In this document: positions 41,255 to 50,856 of the stretch, in pieces
How positions within the stretch are numbered: the first letter of the stretch is position 1
Layout: each line of letters starts with the position of its first letter
Sequence record: DRR723986_8012
Length of the DNA stretch: 60,670 bases
Reading direction: 5' to 3' (one strand)
Notes under the pieces: generated by a model
The model's input: the letters and a program-made list of their open reading frames with translations, nothing else
Database searches by the model: none
What the model was told of the DNA's origin: nothing
Position numbers and translations under genes: made by a program

Positions 41255-41986
41255 TCAGTAGGCGCGTAGATCGTCCACAGCAAGCCTGCCGAAATTCGGA
41301 CTCAACAGGTACTGCACCAAGCGTTCACCGCTTGACTCTGGGCTGCTGAGAGAATTGCTGTTTTTTAACTGGATGAATCGTTGTTTGTTGGGGAAAAGCG
41401 ATTCGTCGGTTTCCCGAATTTGTGTTTGCATGGCGGTGTCAATCACCCCGGGTGCCAGGCTGCAAATGGCAACATTCGGAAGTTGGTCTTCTTGCACAGC
41501 CCGTGCGTGCATGTCGAGCGCGGCCTTGGTGGCGCAATACACGCTCCAGCCCGGGTAAGCACTTTGAGCTGCGCCACTGGAGACATGCAGTATTCGAAGT
41601 TGTTGGTTGCCCTGAACTTCTCGGGCCAGCAGGGCGCTCAGGGCCAAAGGCACTGCAATATTGAGCTGAACACTGCGGGAAATGTCGCCATTGGCTTGGG
41701 CATTCAGTGGCCCAATCGGTGACACCAAGCCCGCGTTGTTAATCAAAAGCAATTGTGTTGCGCTTGCAATGAATTTCCGCAATTGAGTGCTGCTTTCAAG
41801 TTGTTCAAGCGCTGACGGTTGTGTCAAATCCAGGCTGATTTGCTGAAGATCTTCGTTGTATTGCTGTTGAAGTTCAGTGTTTTGTGATCGGGAAATGCCC
41901 AATACAGCATGTCCCCGTTTCAACAAGGCCCGAGCGATGCCCAGGCCCAGCCCTTTGCTATGCCCCGTCAAAATTGCCTTGATCAT
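41255..41986 (-). CDS. Short-chain dehydrogenase (benzil/sepiapterin reductase-like)
   Basis: TGHSKGLG, INNAG, SSGAA, YCATK, APGVIDTAMQ. Confidence 0.88.
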   Translation of the reverse strand: MIKAILTGHSKGLGLGIARALLKRGHAVLGISRSQNTELQQQYNEDLQQISLDLTQPSALEQLESSTQLRKFIASATQLLLINNAGLVSPIGPLNAQANGDISRSVQLNIAVPLALSALLAREVQGNQQLRILHVSSGAAQSAYPGWSVYCATKAALDMHARAVQEDQLPNVAICSLAPGVIDTAMQTQIRETDESLFPNKQRFIQLKNSNSLSSPESSGERLVQYLLSPNFGRLAVDDLRAY

Positions 41987-42246
41987 GATTTTTGATTCAG
42001 TTTCAAATACAAAATGGAGCTGGCGAGCAACAATGTGACTGCATTGGCCACCACAACAGGCCATTGCTGCACCAGTAGGCCGTAAACCAGCCACAACAGC
42101 ACACCCAAACAAAAACACGCGTACATACCCAGTGAGATGCTTCGCGTGTCACGGGTTTTCCAGCAATACACCACCTGTGGAATAAAGGCGAAAGTGGTGA
42201 GCGCTGCGGCCACAAAGCCCAAGGCTTGGGCCCAATCTAGCTGCAT
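41983..42246 (-). CDS. SemiSWEET (PQ-loop) transporter
   Basis: 87 aa, three TM segments; TTFAFIPQV, TRSISL, LWLVYG, PVVVAN. Confidence 0.9.
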   Translation of the reverse strand: MQLDWAQALGFVAAALTTFAFIPQVVYCWKTRDTRSISLGMYACFCLGVLLWLVYGLLVQQWPVVVANAVTLLLASSILYLKLNQKS

Positions 42247-43199
42247 CAGTCGGCCTGTATTTTCTGGGCTGTTTCTTTGTAAGCCGCAAGGCGCCCGCCG
42301 CCGATGGCAATTGCTTTGTTGATTGCCGCACGGGCTTCATTTTTGCGATCCAGTTTGATCAAGGTCTCGGCCAGGTTATTCCAGGCGTCGGCCATGTCCG
42401 GGTATACACCGACGGCCTTGCGGTAATGTTGCTCGGCCTCTACGTAACTTTTTGCGCCGTAGGCCAGGTTCCCCAAACCGAAATGAAACCAAGGCTCGGT
42501 CGGCCATGTTTTTGCACCTTGCTGGTAAGCCTGGCCAGCCTTTTCGGTGTTGGAGCGCTCAAGCGCAACCGCCGAATTCAAATAGCCTTGGGCATTGACA
42601 TAGCTGGGAGGCTCGACCGTGGTTTTAATCACAGTGAAGCCCCAGTTTTGTGAGCGTTCCCAAAGCTTCAGAAAAGTGGCCACGGGAATCAACTCACGTT
42701 CCTTCGGGCCGGAGCGCAAGATCATGCTGTTGCTGCCAGGCTCGTAGCCCACCACCACGGCGTAGTGCCATTGCGGTGCAATCGGCAAGGAAAGATTCAG
42801 CAAAACCACCACGGGTGCGCCAGCATTGAGGGCCTCAAACAGGGCGGGTAGCTTGGGTTCTATTTGGTAACTGAGGTAGCCCAAGCGGCGTGGCGCAGCC
42901 AGCATTTCAAGTTGCAGGCTGCCTTGGCGGCCAGGCAGATAAACCAGTTCAGCCAGTTTGTTCGGATCGGTGTTTTCACCGGCATGGTTGAGCACCATGG
43001 CCAGGGTGGACGGACCACAATAAAACTCCTCTTGTGCAAAAAAAGGCACATTTTTGAGTTCAACCGGGGCTTGAGTCTGGACAGTGTTTTGAAGATCTTG
43101 TGGAACTGTTGGCAAAACTGAACAGGAAGCCAACAGCCCTACAAGTACTGCTGAGCCCGCCATGCGGGCCCAGGCGGTACTAGGAAAACGTAATTTCAT
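42246..43199 (-). CDS. PA2778-like lipoprotein: C39-like cysteine peptidase plus TPR repeats
   Basis: Lipobox LAS-C; VPFFAQEEFYCGP, WHYAVVVGY; TPR AWNNLA. Confidence 0.82.
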   Translation of the reverse strand: MKLRFPSTAWARMAGSAVLVGLLASCSVLPTVPQDLQNTVQTQAPVELKNVPFFAQEEFYCGPSTLAMVLNHAGENTDPNKLAELVYLPGRQGSLQLEMLAAPRRLGYLSYQIEPKLPALFEALNAGAPVVVLLNLSLPIAPQWHYAVVVGYEPGSNSMILRSGPKERELIPVATFLKLWERSQNWGFTVIKTTVEPPSYVNAQGYLNSAVALERSNTEKAGQAYQQGAKTWPTEPWFHFGLGNLAYGAKSYVEAEQHYRKAVGVYPDMADAWNNLAETLIKLDRKNEARAAINKAIAIGGGRLAAYKETAQKIQAD

Positions 43200-43579
43200 C
43201 GAACGGAACGGGTAAACGGAAATACCTTGGTCAGGCCAAGAATGTCGGTTACCAACAAAATAATGAAGACAGTAAATAGTACACCAACAATACCGGCACC
43301 TGCGGGCGCATTCTCAATGTGGGCGGCCAGCTTCTGTGCTTCTTCTTCGGTCATTGAATCCACACGGGCCTTGGCAACTTCAGGGCTGACGCCGTGAGCT
43401 TGCAGGGCCTTGGCAATGTCTTCACGGTCAAAGAATTGTTTGAGTTCGGAACGGTCTTGCTGATGCATGGCAACCGCTTCTTCGGTGCTCACGATTGCTG
43501 CGTGGGCTGGTGCCACAATAAAGCTGCTTGAAAAGCTCAACAAAACTGCCATTGCTGTTGCGCGCATAGTTTTAGTCAT
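43196..43579 (-). CDS. PA2779-like protein
   Basis: Signal peptide; ARVDSMT..E, PAG, FIILLVTDILG.TKVFPF. Confidence 0.82.
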   Translation of the reverse strand: MTKTMRATAMAVLLSFSSSFIVAPAHAAIVSTEEAVAMHQQDRSELKQFFDREDIAKALQAHGVSPEVAKARVDSMTEEEAQKLAAHIENAPAGAGIVGVLFTVFIILLVTDILGLTKVFPFTRSVR

Positions 43580-43712
43580 TTTATAACTCCATCATTCTTG
43601 TGTGTGGGAAAGACCATCATAGGGTTAAACAAGCTTTACTGCTCATTTATTCCGAGTCAACCAAACGAAGGCCGTTGCGTTTTAGTTGACATCACAGCAA
43701 GGAGGATTTGTG

Positions 43713-44285
43713 ATGAAAACTCGATTGTTCAGGATTTTTTCGGCCAGCTTTGCTGTTTTGACTGGTCTTCTGATGGCACCCCTACAGGCTCAGGCCGTTA
43801 ACATCTCCATCGGCGTTGGCGGGGAGGTGCTTCCCGGCGTATATGGCTCTGTCAATATCGACAACGGGCGCTACCCAACGCTGGTCTATGCAGAACCGCT
43901 GATCGTGACTCGCCCCTCGCGAATTCTTTCGCCAATTTACCTGCACGTGCCACCGGGGCATCTGAAAAAATGGGGTCGCTATTGCGGTCGTTATGATGCA
44001 TGTTCACGGCCGGTGTATTTCGTGAAGTCTCGCGATTACTACGACTTCAGCCCACGTTACATTGAGCAGCGCTATATTTATCGTGACCGTGTGACCTATG
44101 TAAACCGTGGAGGTTATGACCGCCGCGACTACTATGATCGCAGGGACTACGATCGCCGCGACTATGATCGCCGTGATTACCGTGAGTATCGCCGTGACCA
44201 CGATCACCGTGGACATGGAAAACACTGGAAACACGATGATCGGGGCCATGGACATGGCAAACATGGTCGAGGTCGAGACGACTAA
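43713..44285 (+). CDS. Hypothetical secreted protein with RRDYD repeats and a His/Gly/Arg-rich tail
   Basis: Signal peptide ending AQA; PIYLHVPPGH.K.W..YCGRYDACSRPVYFV; RBS AAGGAGG. Confidence 0.8.
   Translation: MKTRLFRIFSASFAVLTGLLMAPLQAQAVNISIGVGGEVLPGVYGSVNIDNGRYPTLVYAEPLIVTRPSRILSPIYLHVPPGHLKKWGRYCGRYDACSRPVYFVKSRDYYDFSPRYIEQRYIYRDRVTYVNRGGYDRRDYYDRRDYDRRDYDRRDYREYRRDHDHRGHGKHWKHDDRGHGHGKHGRGRDD
44115..44186 (+). repeat. Degenerate 15-bp coding tandem repeat (YDRRD) x4
   Basis: TAYGAYCGCMGSGAY-like units with synonymous variation. Confidence 0.8.
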
Positions 44286-44317
44286 GTTGTAAAAAATCAG
44301 TTTTAGTTTGAATTCAC

Positions 44318-44351
44318 AAAGCCGGCTGGTTCAGCCGGCTTTTGTTTTTTT
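44318..44351 (+). terminator. Rho-independent terminator
   Basis: AAAGCCGGCTG-GTT-CAGCCGGC-TTTTGTTTTTT. Confidence 0.85.
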
Positions 44352-44619
44352 ACCAAGGCATGGTAATCATTTGTAAGTAAAAATCTGACATGATGTAAGC
44401 CAATGAGTTAGCGATCAATTGTTTGATTGAATTTGGGTTTGATATCGCGATAAGCTTTATCTAATTGAAATGTAAGTGAAATATTTTTCTTTTACCCAAA
44501 TAAGAGGGTAAAATTCATCCTATTCATTCCTATTATTTTCAGTGTCGAATGGCAAAGTGATTAGGTAATGTTTTGATTAACACTTTTTGACTAACCCATT
44601 CGGCAAAGACGATCCCACC

Positions 44620-45057
44620 ATGAAAATTCGGTCCAAATTACGTCAGCAGGGTGCGCTCATGATCGAGTTGGTGCTGACACTGCCCATATTGCTGGCTGTG
44701 ATTTTCGCGATCGTTGAATACTCTGTGTTGTTGGGTGCGATGTTGATCATGAACAACACCACCAGCGAGGCGGCCCGCCAAGCCACGGTCTACCGCAGCG
44801 GTTTTGCTGTCAGCGATTATGAAGTCCTTGCACAAGACGCGCTGGAAGACATGTTGCCCAGCTATGTAGGTTCTTTCCGGGACAGCGTTGTGCCTTCCGT
44901 GAATTCTTTTGCTTGCGGCGATTCAACCTGCCTGCGGGTGCGTCTCGATTACCCCAATTACAGCAGCAACCCGCTGGTCGGGAATTCCTTCTTCATTCCT
45001 TTGCCCGAGAATTTGTCAGCAGAGTCCACAACACGTGTGGAGCCCAATGATGGTTAA
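44620..45057 (+). CDS. TadE-like minor pilin
   Basis: RQQG|ALMIE prepilin site, hydrophobic helix, SEAARQA. Confidence 0.82.
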   Translation: MKIRSKLRQQGALMIELVLTLPILLAVIFAIVEYSVLLGAMLIMNNTTSEAARQATVYRSGFAVSDYEVLAQDALEDMLPSYVGSFRDSVVPSVNSFACGDSTCLRVRLDYPNYSSNPLVGNSFFIPLPENLSAESTTRVEPNDG

Positions 45058-46678
45058 TCGACGTTCTCGGCGCTCGCAACGCGGTGCTTATTCCCTATTG
45101 ACCGTGTTCGTACTCATCATGAGTGTTGGCGCACTTGGCGTGTTGGCTGTGGGCCACATGGCCTGGGAGAAAACCCGCTTGCAAGGGGTTGCCGATCTGG
45201 TTGCCCTGACCGCTGCCCGCCAAATGGCCAACGGACCTGAATTCGCCGAGGCGCAGGCCATCGCACAGGCCAATGGTCTGAGCGAAGACGATGATTTGAC
45301 CATCGAGTGCATCATCGATAATGCACCTACCAATGATTGCGACAACTCCATTACCAGCCGGGTCACGATTGTTCGTCCGGTCAATGGTTTGCTGGCTTTC
45401 TTGCCAAACCGTGATGTGTCGGTGCTGGCCGAAGCAACCGTGGCACCCACAGTGGTGGGGTCGGTGTCCAGCGGCCTGGTCAGTGTGGACACCAACCAGT
45501 CTGCCTTGTTGAATGGCCTGTTGACCGCTTTGGGTGGTGGTGCGATCAATTTGACGGTGGCCCAGTGGGGCGGTTTGCTCGGCAGTGACATCCGTGTGGA
45601 TTTATTGGCCTTGGCTACAGAATTGGGTGTGGCCAATGTCAATGACTTGTTGTCGTTGAACGTGTCGGCATTGGGCTTGCTGCAAGACGCCTTGTTGGTA
45701 GGCAATGCCGATGCAGCCGACAAAATGGAAGTTGAAGGTATTCTGAGTGCCTTGAGTGGACCATTGAATAACGTCAATGTGACCGTTGGGGATTTGTTGG
45801 CGCTCGATTTGTCTGGCCGAACCAATACCACCCTGGATGTCAATCTGGGTCAGCTTGCGCAGGTCACTGTGTTGAATGCGGTGGAAGGAGTGGGTTATGT
45901 ATTGCCTATTTCATCGGGTTTGCTGAATCTGGATGTCGGCGTGAATATTCTGGAAGCGCCACAGGTGTTTGTGGGCCGAAAAATGCCCTACAAAGACCCC
46001 ATCGCCACGGGTCGAACAGCGCAGGTCGCACTGGATGTGCGAGTGCGCCAGCCTTTGAATCTTAATCTGGCACTTGTTAATTTAAGTGCGCTCGATCTTG
46101 GGCTTCAACTGCGGGTAGCAGGTGGATTGGCCGAGGTAAATGAGTTGACCTGTCGTTACCCCCGTTCAACCAACAACATGGTAATGACCGTGGTACCTGC
46201 TGTAGCAGAAGTGTGCATTTCGGACAGCGCGGGCAATTTGAACACCACTGTGGGGTCACTCGAGTGCGGATCACCTGCCGATATCCTGAATGTGAATTTT
46301 CTGGGCTTGGTGAATGCCGGCGTTACTTTGGCAGCCGAGACCAGTTTGCGCTCCGACCCTGTTCAACACAGCTTCGATGGCATGGCGCCTTTCAGCGAAA
46401 CCATTGAACTGAGTGTGGGGGAAACGCTGGGCAATTTGCTGCAAAACACGGAATTGGACCTTGGTATTGAACTGCCACTGGTTGGCCCGCTGATTAACGG
46501 CGTTGTGAACGGTTTGGTGAACCTGTTGCTCAATGCACTTGAACCCGTGTTAAGTCCCATTCTGGGACTGGTAGGCAATATCCTTGATGGTTTGTTACAG
46601 GTGTTGGGCGTGGATTTGAACACGGTGACAGTCAATGTGGATTCCATGGACTGTCAAAGTGTGGTTTTGACGCGTTGA
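45047..46678 (+). CDS. TadG-like pilus assembly protein
   Basis: SQRG|AYSLL, RLQGVADLVALTAAR, RTAQV, Leu-rich C-terminus ending in Cys. Start 45047 or 45050. Confidence 0.8.
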   Translation: MMVNRRSRRSQRGAYSLLTVFVLIMSVGALGVLAVGHMAWEKTRLQGVADLVALTAARQMANGPEFAEAQAIAQANGLSEDDDLTIECIIDNAPTNDCDNSITSRVTIVRPVNGLLAFLPNRDVSVLAEATVAPTVVGSVSSGLVSVDTNQSALLNGLLTALGGGAINLTVAQWGGLLGSDIRVDLLALATELGVANVNDLLSLNVSALGLLQDALLVGNADAADKMEVEGILSALSGPLNNVNVTVGDLLALDLSGRTNTTLDVNLGQLAQVTVLNAVEGVGYVLPISSGLLNLDVGVNILEAPQVFVGRKMPYKDPIATGRTAQVALDVRVRQPLNLNLALVNLSALDLGLQLRVAGGLAEVNELTCRYPRSTNNMVMTVVPAVAEVCISDSAGNLNTTVGSLECGSPADILNVNFLGLVNAGVTLAAETSLRSDPVQHSFDGMAPFSETIELSVGETLGNLLQNTELDLGIELPLVGPLINGVVNGLVNLLLNALEPVLSPILGLVGNILDGLLQVLGVDLNTVTVNVDSMDCQSVVLTR

Positions 46679-46686
46679 AATCAATG

Positions 46687-47577
46687 TCAGTCCACAGGAA
46701 CGGCTTCGTTTTTTTGCAGGCCGTACACAGCCGCCAAGGCTGTACCAGCCAACACCACCAAGCCACCAATGAAGGTGTGCCAACCCACTGTTTCACCTAG
46801 AAACAGGTTTCCCCACAGCACGCCGAATACCGGGGTTAAAAAAGTGACGGTAAGTGCTGAGGTGGGGCCAATGTCCATGACCAGCCTGAAATACAGCAGG
46901 TAAGCAACACCACTGCACAACACACCCACACCCAGAATGGCCAGCCAGCTGCTCATTGCGGGCATTTGCTCAGGCAGGTTGAACGGCACAAATGGCATCA
47001 AAATAAATGAACCCATCAACAGGCAGCCAAATGCATTGGTGAGCGGGTCAATGTCACTGCCCAGGTATTTAGCCATGTTGGTGGCAATCCCATAGCAAGC
47101 CGCAGCGGCGATTGCCGCAGCAACCCCCAGTCCAGTCCCTTCCGTGTTGAGGGTCGCTGCATCAAAACCCACGATTATGGCAACACCCAGTAAACCCAAC
47201 ACAAGCCCGAGCAAGGCCATGGGCGAGGGTACTGCGCGAGTCCAAACCAGGGCGACCAGTGCAGCCCAAATTGGAGCCGTGGCATTGATGATCACCAGCA
47301 CCGACGCGGTGACCGTGAACGAGGCGTAGGCCACCAAAGTGAAAGGCAAGGCAGAGGCAAATACGGCAATCACCGCAATTAACTTCCAGCGCTTTCCAAC
47401 CTGGGTTTGCTTGCGGGTGAGTGCAAAAAGTCCGCCCAGAAACAGTGCGCCGAACACCACCCGAAGCGCTGCCATCAAAGCAGGTGCCATGTCGGCGGCT
47501 GCAATTTTGTAAAACACAAACGACGAGCCCCAGATCATGGACAGCAACAACAATCGCAGTGCACTGGCTTGACTCAT
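46687..47577 (-). CDS. DMT/EamA family transporter
   Basis: IWGSSF, NATAPIW, AYLLYFRL..IGP, FLTPVFG..GE. Confidence 0.9.
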   Translation of the reverse strand: MSQASALRLLLLSMIWGSSFVFYKIAAADMAPALMAALRVVFGALFLGGLFALTRKQTQVGKRWKLIAVIAVFASALPFTLVAYASFTVTASVLVIINATAPIWAALVALVWTRAVPSPMALLGLVLGLLGVAIIVGFDAATLNTEGTGLGVAAAIAAAACYGIATNMAKYLGSDIDPLTNAFGCLLMGSFILMPFVPFNLPEQMPAMSSWLAILGVGVLCSGVAYLLYFRLVMDIGPTSALTVTFLTPVFGVLWGNLFLGETVGWHTFIGGLVVLAGTALAAVYGLQKNEAVPVD

Positions 47578-47641
47578 GGTTTTCAGCAGGTGGTGAGTGA
47601 ATGCGCAAGTATGCTTAAATTAGCGATCCCTTTGCAGGGAT

Positions 47642-47660
47642 TCGAGAATAATTCTCAAAT
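47642..47660. promoter_or_regulatory. Fur-like palindrome GAGAAT-A-ATTCTC
   Basis: Perfect 6-1-6 dyad between the divergent DMT and RND genes. Confidence 0.55.
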
Positions 47661-47730
47661 ATTTTGAACATTTTCGAGCAACGGCGCTCAAAGTGGGCTG
47701 TGCAAAGAAGCAGCAGTTAAAGGACTAACA

Positions 47731-50700
47731 ATGTGGTTGGTGAAGTACGCATTGCGAAGACCCTACTCAATGGGCGCGTTGGCAATTCTCGTGTTCATTC
47801 TGGGCTTGTCATCCTTACGGCAATTGCCGGTTGATATTCTTCCTGAAGTAAAAACTCCGGTGGTGAATGTGGTGTGGACCTATCAGGGTCTGAATGCCCG
47901 TGAAATGGCCACCAAGATTACCTCGTTCTCTGAGCTCGCCTTGTTGAACAACGTGGACAACGTGAAGGAAATTTCCTCCGAAACGTTTAATGGTGTGGGC
48001 CTGGTTCGGATCGTGTTTCAGGACAATGTGGAAATTGATGTGGCCTTGTCCCAGGTCGGTGCAATTTCGCAAACCATTTTGCGTCGCATGCCTGCGGGGA
48101 CCAGTCCTCCCATCGTGGTGCGCAATTCATTGTCCAGTCGCCCAATTCTCAGCATGGTGGTGTCTTCTGACACGCTCAGCCAAAGCCAATTGGCCGATTA
48201 CGCACGAATTCAATTGCGCGGGCAGGTGCAAAGCATTGGCGGCATGCGCCTGACTTTGCCCTATGGCGGTGCCACTCGACAAATCATGATTGATTTGAAA
48301 CCCGATGCGCTCCCGGCATTTGGACTCTCTGCAGCCGATGTTGCCGAGGCTGTGAACCAGCAAAACCTCACCCTGCCTTCAGGCAATGTGCGTGAGGGTA
48401 CGCGCGACATGCAAATTTCCGTCGATGCAAGTCCGGAAAGCGCTGAGGTGTTTGCCAACCTGCCCATCAGTGCCAGGGATGGCAGAATCATCAAGCTTCG
48501 TGATGTGGCCGATGTGCGCGATGGTGGTGCCATTCAAACCAACCTGACCCGTGTGGACGGCAGCAGCGCCGTGTTGGTGTCGATGATCAAAATTGGCGAT
48601 GCCTCCACCACCGACATCATCAAGAAAGTGAAAGAGCGACTGCCAGAAATTCAAGCTGCGGCGCCCGCGGGTGCAAAAATTACTCCGATTTTTGATCAGT
48701 CCGTGTTTGTACAAAGTGCGGTAGACATCATCGCCAAGGAAATTCTGATTGTGGGTTTCCTCGTGGGCCTGGTGGTGTTCATTTTCCTGGGGTCGATTAA
48801 ATCCAGTCTTATTGTTCTGGTATCGATTCCACTTTCACTGTTGGTCGCGGTGATTGCAGTCAAACTGACAGGGCATACCCTTAACCTGATGAGCCTGGCC
48901 GGTCTTGCCCTTGCGGTGGGTATTCTGGTGGACAACGCCATGGTTGAAATTGAAAACATCAACCGCAACATCGGTTTGGGGCTGAGTGCACCGCAGGCCG
49001 CCTTGGCGGGGGCCAAACAAGTGGCGTTCCCTGAATTCGTGTCCACCCTGTCCACCTGCATTGTGTTCACGCCCATTTTCTTGCTGGAGGGCATTGCGGG
49101 TTATGTGTTCCAGCCATTGGCCATCACAGTGATTGCTGCGTTGGCGGCGTCGTACTTCTTTTCGAGAACTGTGGTGCCTACCCTTGCTGCACTAAATCTC
49201 GGCAAGAATGACAAACACTACAAGGGTTTTCACACGCTTGAAGCCTCCATTGACCGTTTGGGTGACGGCATCGCCAACCGACTGCCTGCCCTGCGCGCCA
49301 AGTGGCCCGTGGTGGCGTTGGTGGTGGTGTTGATTGTGGCCAGCGCAGGCACTTTGCTGGCCATCAGCCCGCAACAGTATTTCCCGCGCACCGATGCAGG
49401 CTTGTTGAAGCTGTACGTGCGCGGCCCGGCAGGCACGCGTGTGGAGGAAACCGCCAACAAGTTTGCACAGGTGCAAACCACCATTCGTGAGTTGATTCCT
49501 GCGGATGAAGTCAAGCAGATTGTGGAATTGATTGGGCAGCCCGACCCCGTGAACATGTCGTGGGTCGACACCATGACGATTGGCGGTTTCGATGGTGAAA
49601 TGCTGATCGAGTTAAATCCCAGGAAGGCGAGTACTTTTGAGTATCAAACCCTGCTGCGCGAGGAGCTGACTCAACGTTACCCTGATTTCAAGTTTCTGTT
49701 TTTACCCGCCGACATCACCAATCAAACACTCTCCGGCCTTACCCCAACGTCGACTGAAATCCGGGTGATTGGCCGTGATGTGCCTGGCAATATGGGCATT
49801 GCCCAAGAGTTGCTCAAGAAACTGGATGGCTCCAGTGACATCAGCGATTTGATGTTGCGGCAGGTGGGCAATTTGCCAGAGTACATGGTGTCGATTGACC
49901 GCGACCGTGCCCTTGCCTTGGGGGTAACTTCGGCGGATGCTCTTCAAACTTTGTTGGGTGTACTGGGCACAGGTGGCACCGTGGCACCCAGTTATTGGTC
50001 GGATCCGCGCGCGGGTATTTCTTATGTGGTGCAGGTGCAGGCTCCGTTGCAAACCATTGGCTCAGCAGAAGATTTGTTGCGTTTGCCTATTACAACGCCG
50101 AGCGGAGAAAGCATTCAACTGGGTGCAATCGCTACGATCACTCCGCGCACTGTACCGGCTACCGTGGTGCGTTCCACCCTGCAACCGGTGGTCAGCGTAC
50201 TGGCGAATGCGCCGGGCGACAATTTAAAGGTGCTTGCAGCGCAATCTCAAGAGGCGGTGGCAGATTTGCAGTCGCGTTTGAAGCCTGGCAACAAAATTGA
50301 GATCAATGGGCAGGCCACCGCGATGACCGAAGCCTTCAGGGAACTGGCGATTGGTTTGCTGGGTGCCTTGGCCTTGATTGTGTTGGTGATGGTGTTCAAC
50401 TTTCAATCGTGGGTTTTGCCTTTTGTGGCCTTGAGCAGTTTGCCGGTGGCGCTCTCGGGTGCGGTGGCTGCCTTGTATGTCACCGGAACACCGATTAGTG
50501 TTCCTGCGCTTATGGGTTTGATCATGACCATGGGCATCACCACGGCCAACAGCGTGTTGCTGACGTCTTTTGCCCGAGACGCGTGGGTTCAGGGCATGGG
50601 TGCCTGGGAGGCTGCGTTGCAAACTGTGCGTCAGCGAATTCGCCCAATTCTGATGACCGCGTTGACCATGATCGTGGGTTTGATCCCGATGGCCACAGCG

Positions 50701-50853
50701 TTGGGGCAGGGCGCTGAACAAAACGCGCCATTGGCCCGCGCCGTGATTGGCGGATTGATGACAGGCTCGGTGGCCACCTTGATTTTGGTGCCTTTGATTT
50801 TCACATTTGCGATGAAAAACGCAGTACCCGGCAAACCGCTGGTTGAGGAGTAA
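47731..50853 (+). CDS. RND efflux permease (divergent AcrB/AcrD/AcrF-superfamily member)
   Basis: 1040 aa; ALRRP, GILVDNAMVEIEN, RIRPILMT, PLARAVIGG. Confidence 0.92.
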   Translation: MWLVKYALRRPYSMGALAILVFILGLSSLRQLPVDILPEVKTPVVNVVWTYQGLNAREMATKITSFSELALLNNVDNVKEISSETFNGVGLVRIVFQDNVEIDVALSQVGAISQTILRRMPAGTSPPIVVRNSLSSRPILSMVVSSDTLSQSQLADYARIQLRGQVQSIGGMRLTLPYGGATRQIMIDLKPDALPAFGLSAADVAEAVNQQNLTLPSGNVREGTRDMQISVDASPESAEVFANLPISARDGRIIKLRDVADVRDGGAIQTNLTRVDGSSAVLVSMIKIGDASTTDIIKKVKERLPEIQAAAPAGAKITPIFDQSVFVQSAVDIIAKEILIVGFLVGLVVFIFLGSIKSSLIVLVSIPLSLLVAVIAVKLTGHTLNLMSLAGLALAVGILVDNAMVEIENINRNIGLGLSAPQAALAGAKQVAFPEFVSTLSTCIVFTPIFLLEGIAGYVFQPLAITVIAALAASYFFSRTVVPTLAALNLGKNDKHYKGFHTLEASIDRLGDGIANRLPALRAKWPVVALVVVLIVASAGTLLAISPQQYFPRTDAGLLKLYVRGPAGTRVEETANKFAQVQTTIRELIPADEVKQIVELIGQPDPVNMSWVDTMTIGGFDGEMLIELNPRKASTFEYQTLLREELTQRYPDFKFLFLPADITNQTLSGLTPTSTEIRVIGRDVPGNMGIAQELLKKLDGSSDISDLMLRQVGNLPEYMVSIDRDRALALGVTSADALQTLLGVLGTGGTVAPSYWSDPRAGISYVVQVQAPLQTIGSAEDLLRLPITTPSGESIQLGAIATITPRTVPATVVRSTLQPVVSVLANAPGDNLKVLAAQSQEAVADLQSRLKPGNKIEINGQATAMTEAFRELAIGLLGALALIVLVMVFNFQSWVLPFVALSSLPVALSGAVAALYVTGTPISVPALMGLIMTMGITTANSVLLTSFARDAWVQGMGAWEAALQTVRQRIRPILMTALTMIVGLIPMATALGQGAEQNAPLARAVIGGLMTGSVATLILVPLIFTFAMKNAVPGKPLVEE

Positions 50854-50856
50854 ACC

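Noticed and set aside
44115-44186. CRISPR or contingency repeat
   Set aside because: No spacers; in-frame degenerate coding repeat; no cas genes.
44352-44620. c-di-GMP riboswitch or small flp pilin gene upstream of tadE
   Set aside because: No GEMM-like two-stem consensus and no pilin-like ORF visible.
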